A DNA stretch of 64,000 bases from assembly GCA_014360755.1 (NCBI GenBank), contig JACIWX010000004.1, positions 13,172 through 77,171 on the forward strand. Reading direction: 5' to 3'. This document shows positions 63,840 through 64,000 of this stretch, piece by piece (position 1 is the stretch's first letter; each line of letters begins with the position of its first letter). A program made the translations under genes and the position numbers. The notes under the pieces were generated by a model, which ran no database searches, was not told the origin of the DNA, and was given only the letters and a program-made list of their open reading frames with translations. The stretch is from Chloroflexota bacterium (lineage in GTDB: Bacteria > Chloroflexota > Anaerolineae > UBA2200).

Positions 63840-64000
63840 ATGAGACGACAGACAGATATACACGGGTTCCACAAGAAACTCTTATATCTCGATGTGACGC
63901 AGCGCCGTTATCAGGTAGAAGAACTGCCTGAGAACTTCTTGCGCCGTTACTTGGGAGGGCGTGGGCTGGGGAGCTATCTGCTGTGGCGGGAACTGCACGC
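63840..64000 (+). CDS. Aldehyde:ferredoxin oxidoreductase family, N-terminal fragment (runs off the window)
   Basis: Translation by hand gives MRRQTDIHGFHKKLLYLDVTQRRYQVEELPENFLRRYLGGRGLGSYLLWRELH, matching the AOR N-terminal pattern (L.vDLt......e.l.......yLGGRGLg..ll). Confidence 0.6.
   Translation, partial: MRRQTDIHGFHKKLLYLDVTQRRYQVEELPENFLRRYLGGRGLGSYLLWRELH

Noticed and set aside
1-64000. tRNA, rRNA, transposase, integrase or prophage genes
   Set aside because: Scanning the intergenic gaps by eye showed no cloverleaf-like or rRNA-like sequence. No ORF has DDE, tyrosine- or serine-recombinase, or phage structural motifs. A tRNAscan or Infernal run is still needed to be sure.

Overview
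This is a gene-dense chromosomal segment of about 60 protein-coding genes. I found no rRNA, tRNA, CRISPR array, transposase or integrase by eye.

Housekeeping genes: gyrA, pfkA, mutS, cstA, a membrane pyrophosphatase, rsmI, secDF, ogt and def.

Oxygen and ROS defence typical of anaerobes: superoxide reductase with rubredoxin, a flavodiiron protein with a DUF438/hemerythrin protein, and the start of an aldehyde:ferredoxin oxidoreductase.

Accessory modules:
1. A minus-strand operon (26.0-31.5 kb) sits behind a clear sigma70-like promoter, a cobalamin-riboswitch-like leader and an intrinsic terminator. It encodes an alpha/alpha-toroid (prenyltransferase-like) lipoprotein, a DUF4430-like protein and an ECF-type importer. 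I read the first two as a split, transcobalamin-like B12 capture pair.
2. A plus-strand cluster (17.9-21.3 kb) holds two paralogous ~95-aa proteins, two tandem ArsA/Get3-like ATPases with complementary degenerate switch II motifs, and a membrane TPR protein. A nested palindrome precedes it.
3. A ~9 kb lactose/cellobiose-family PTS operon carries two GH4 enzymes and atypical passengers: a GlmU-like nucleotidyltransferase, an FGE-like protein and a membrane protein.
4. A DUF1537 kinase / PdxA-family pair is typical of four-carbon acid-sugar catabolism.
5. A family of MITE-like palindromic repeats has 4-5 copies, short flanking direct repeats and no coding capacity. It accounts for several spurious ORF calls and sits directly next to promoters or gene starts.

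Gene content (DUF2723, GT9 and GT4 genes, the anaerobe toolkit) and the repeat family suggest a Chloroflexota/Anaerolineae-like organism. That is only an inference.

All calls come from reading the translated ORFs and the DNA by eye. No database search was run, and start codons are best guesses.
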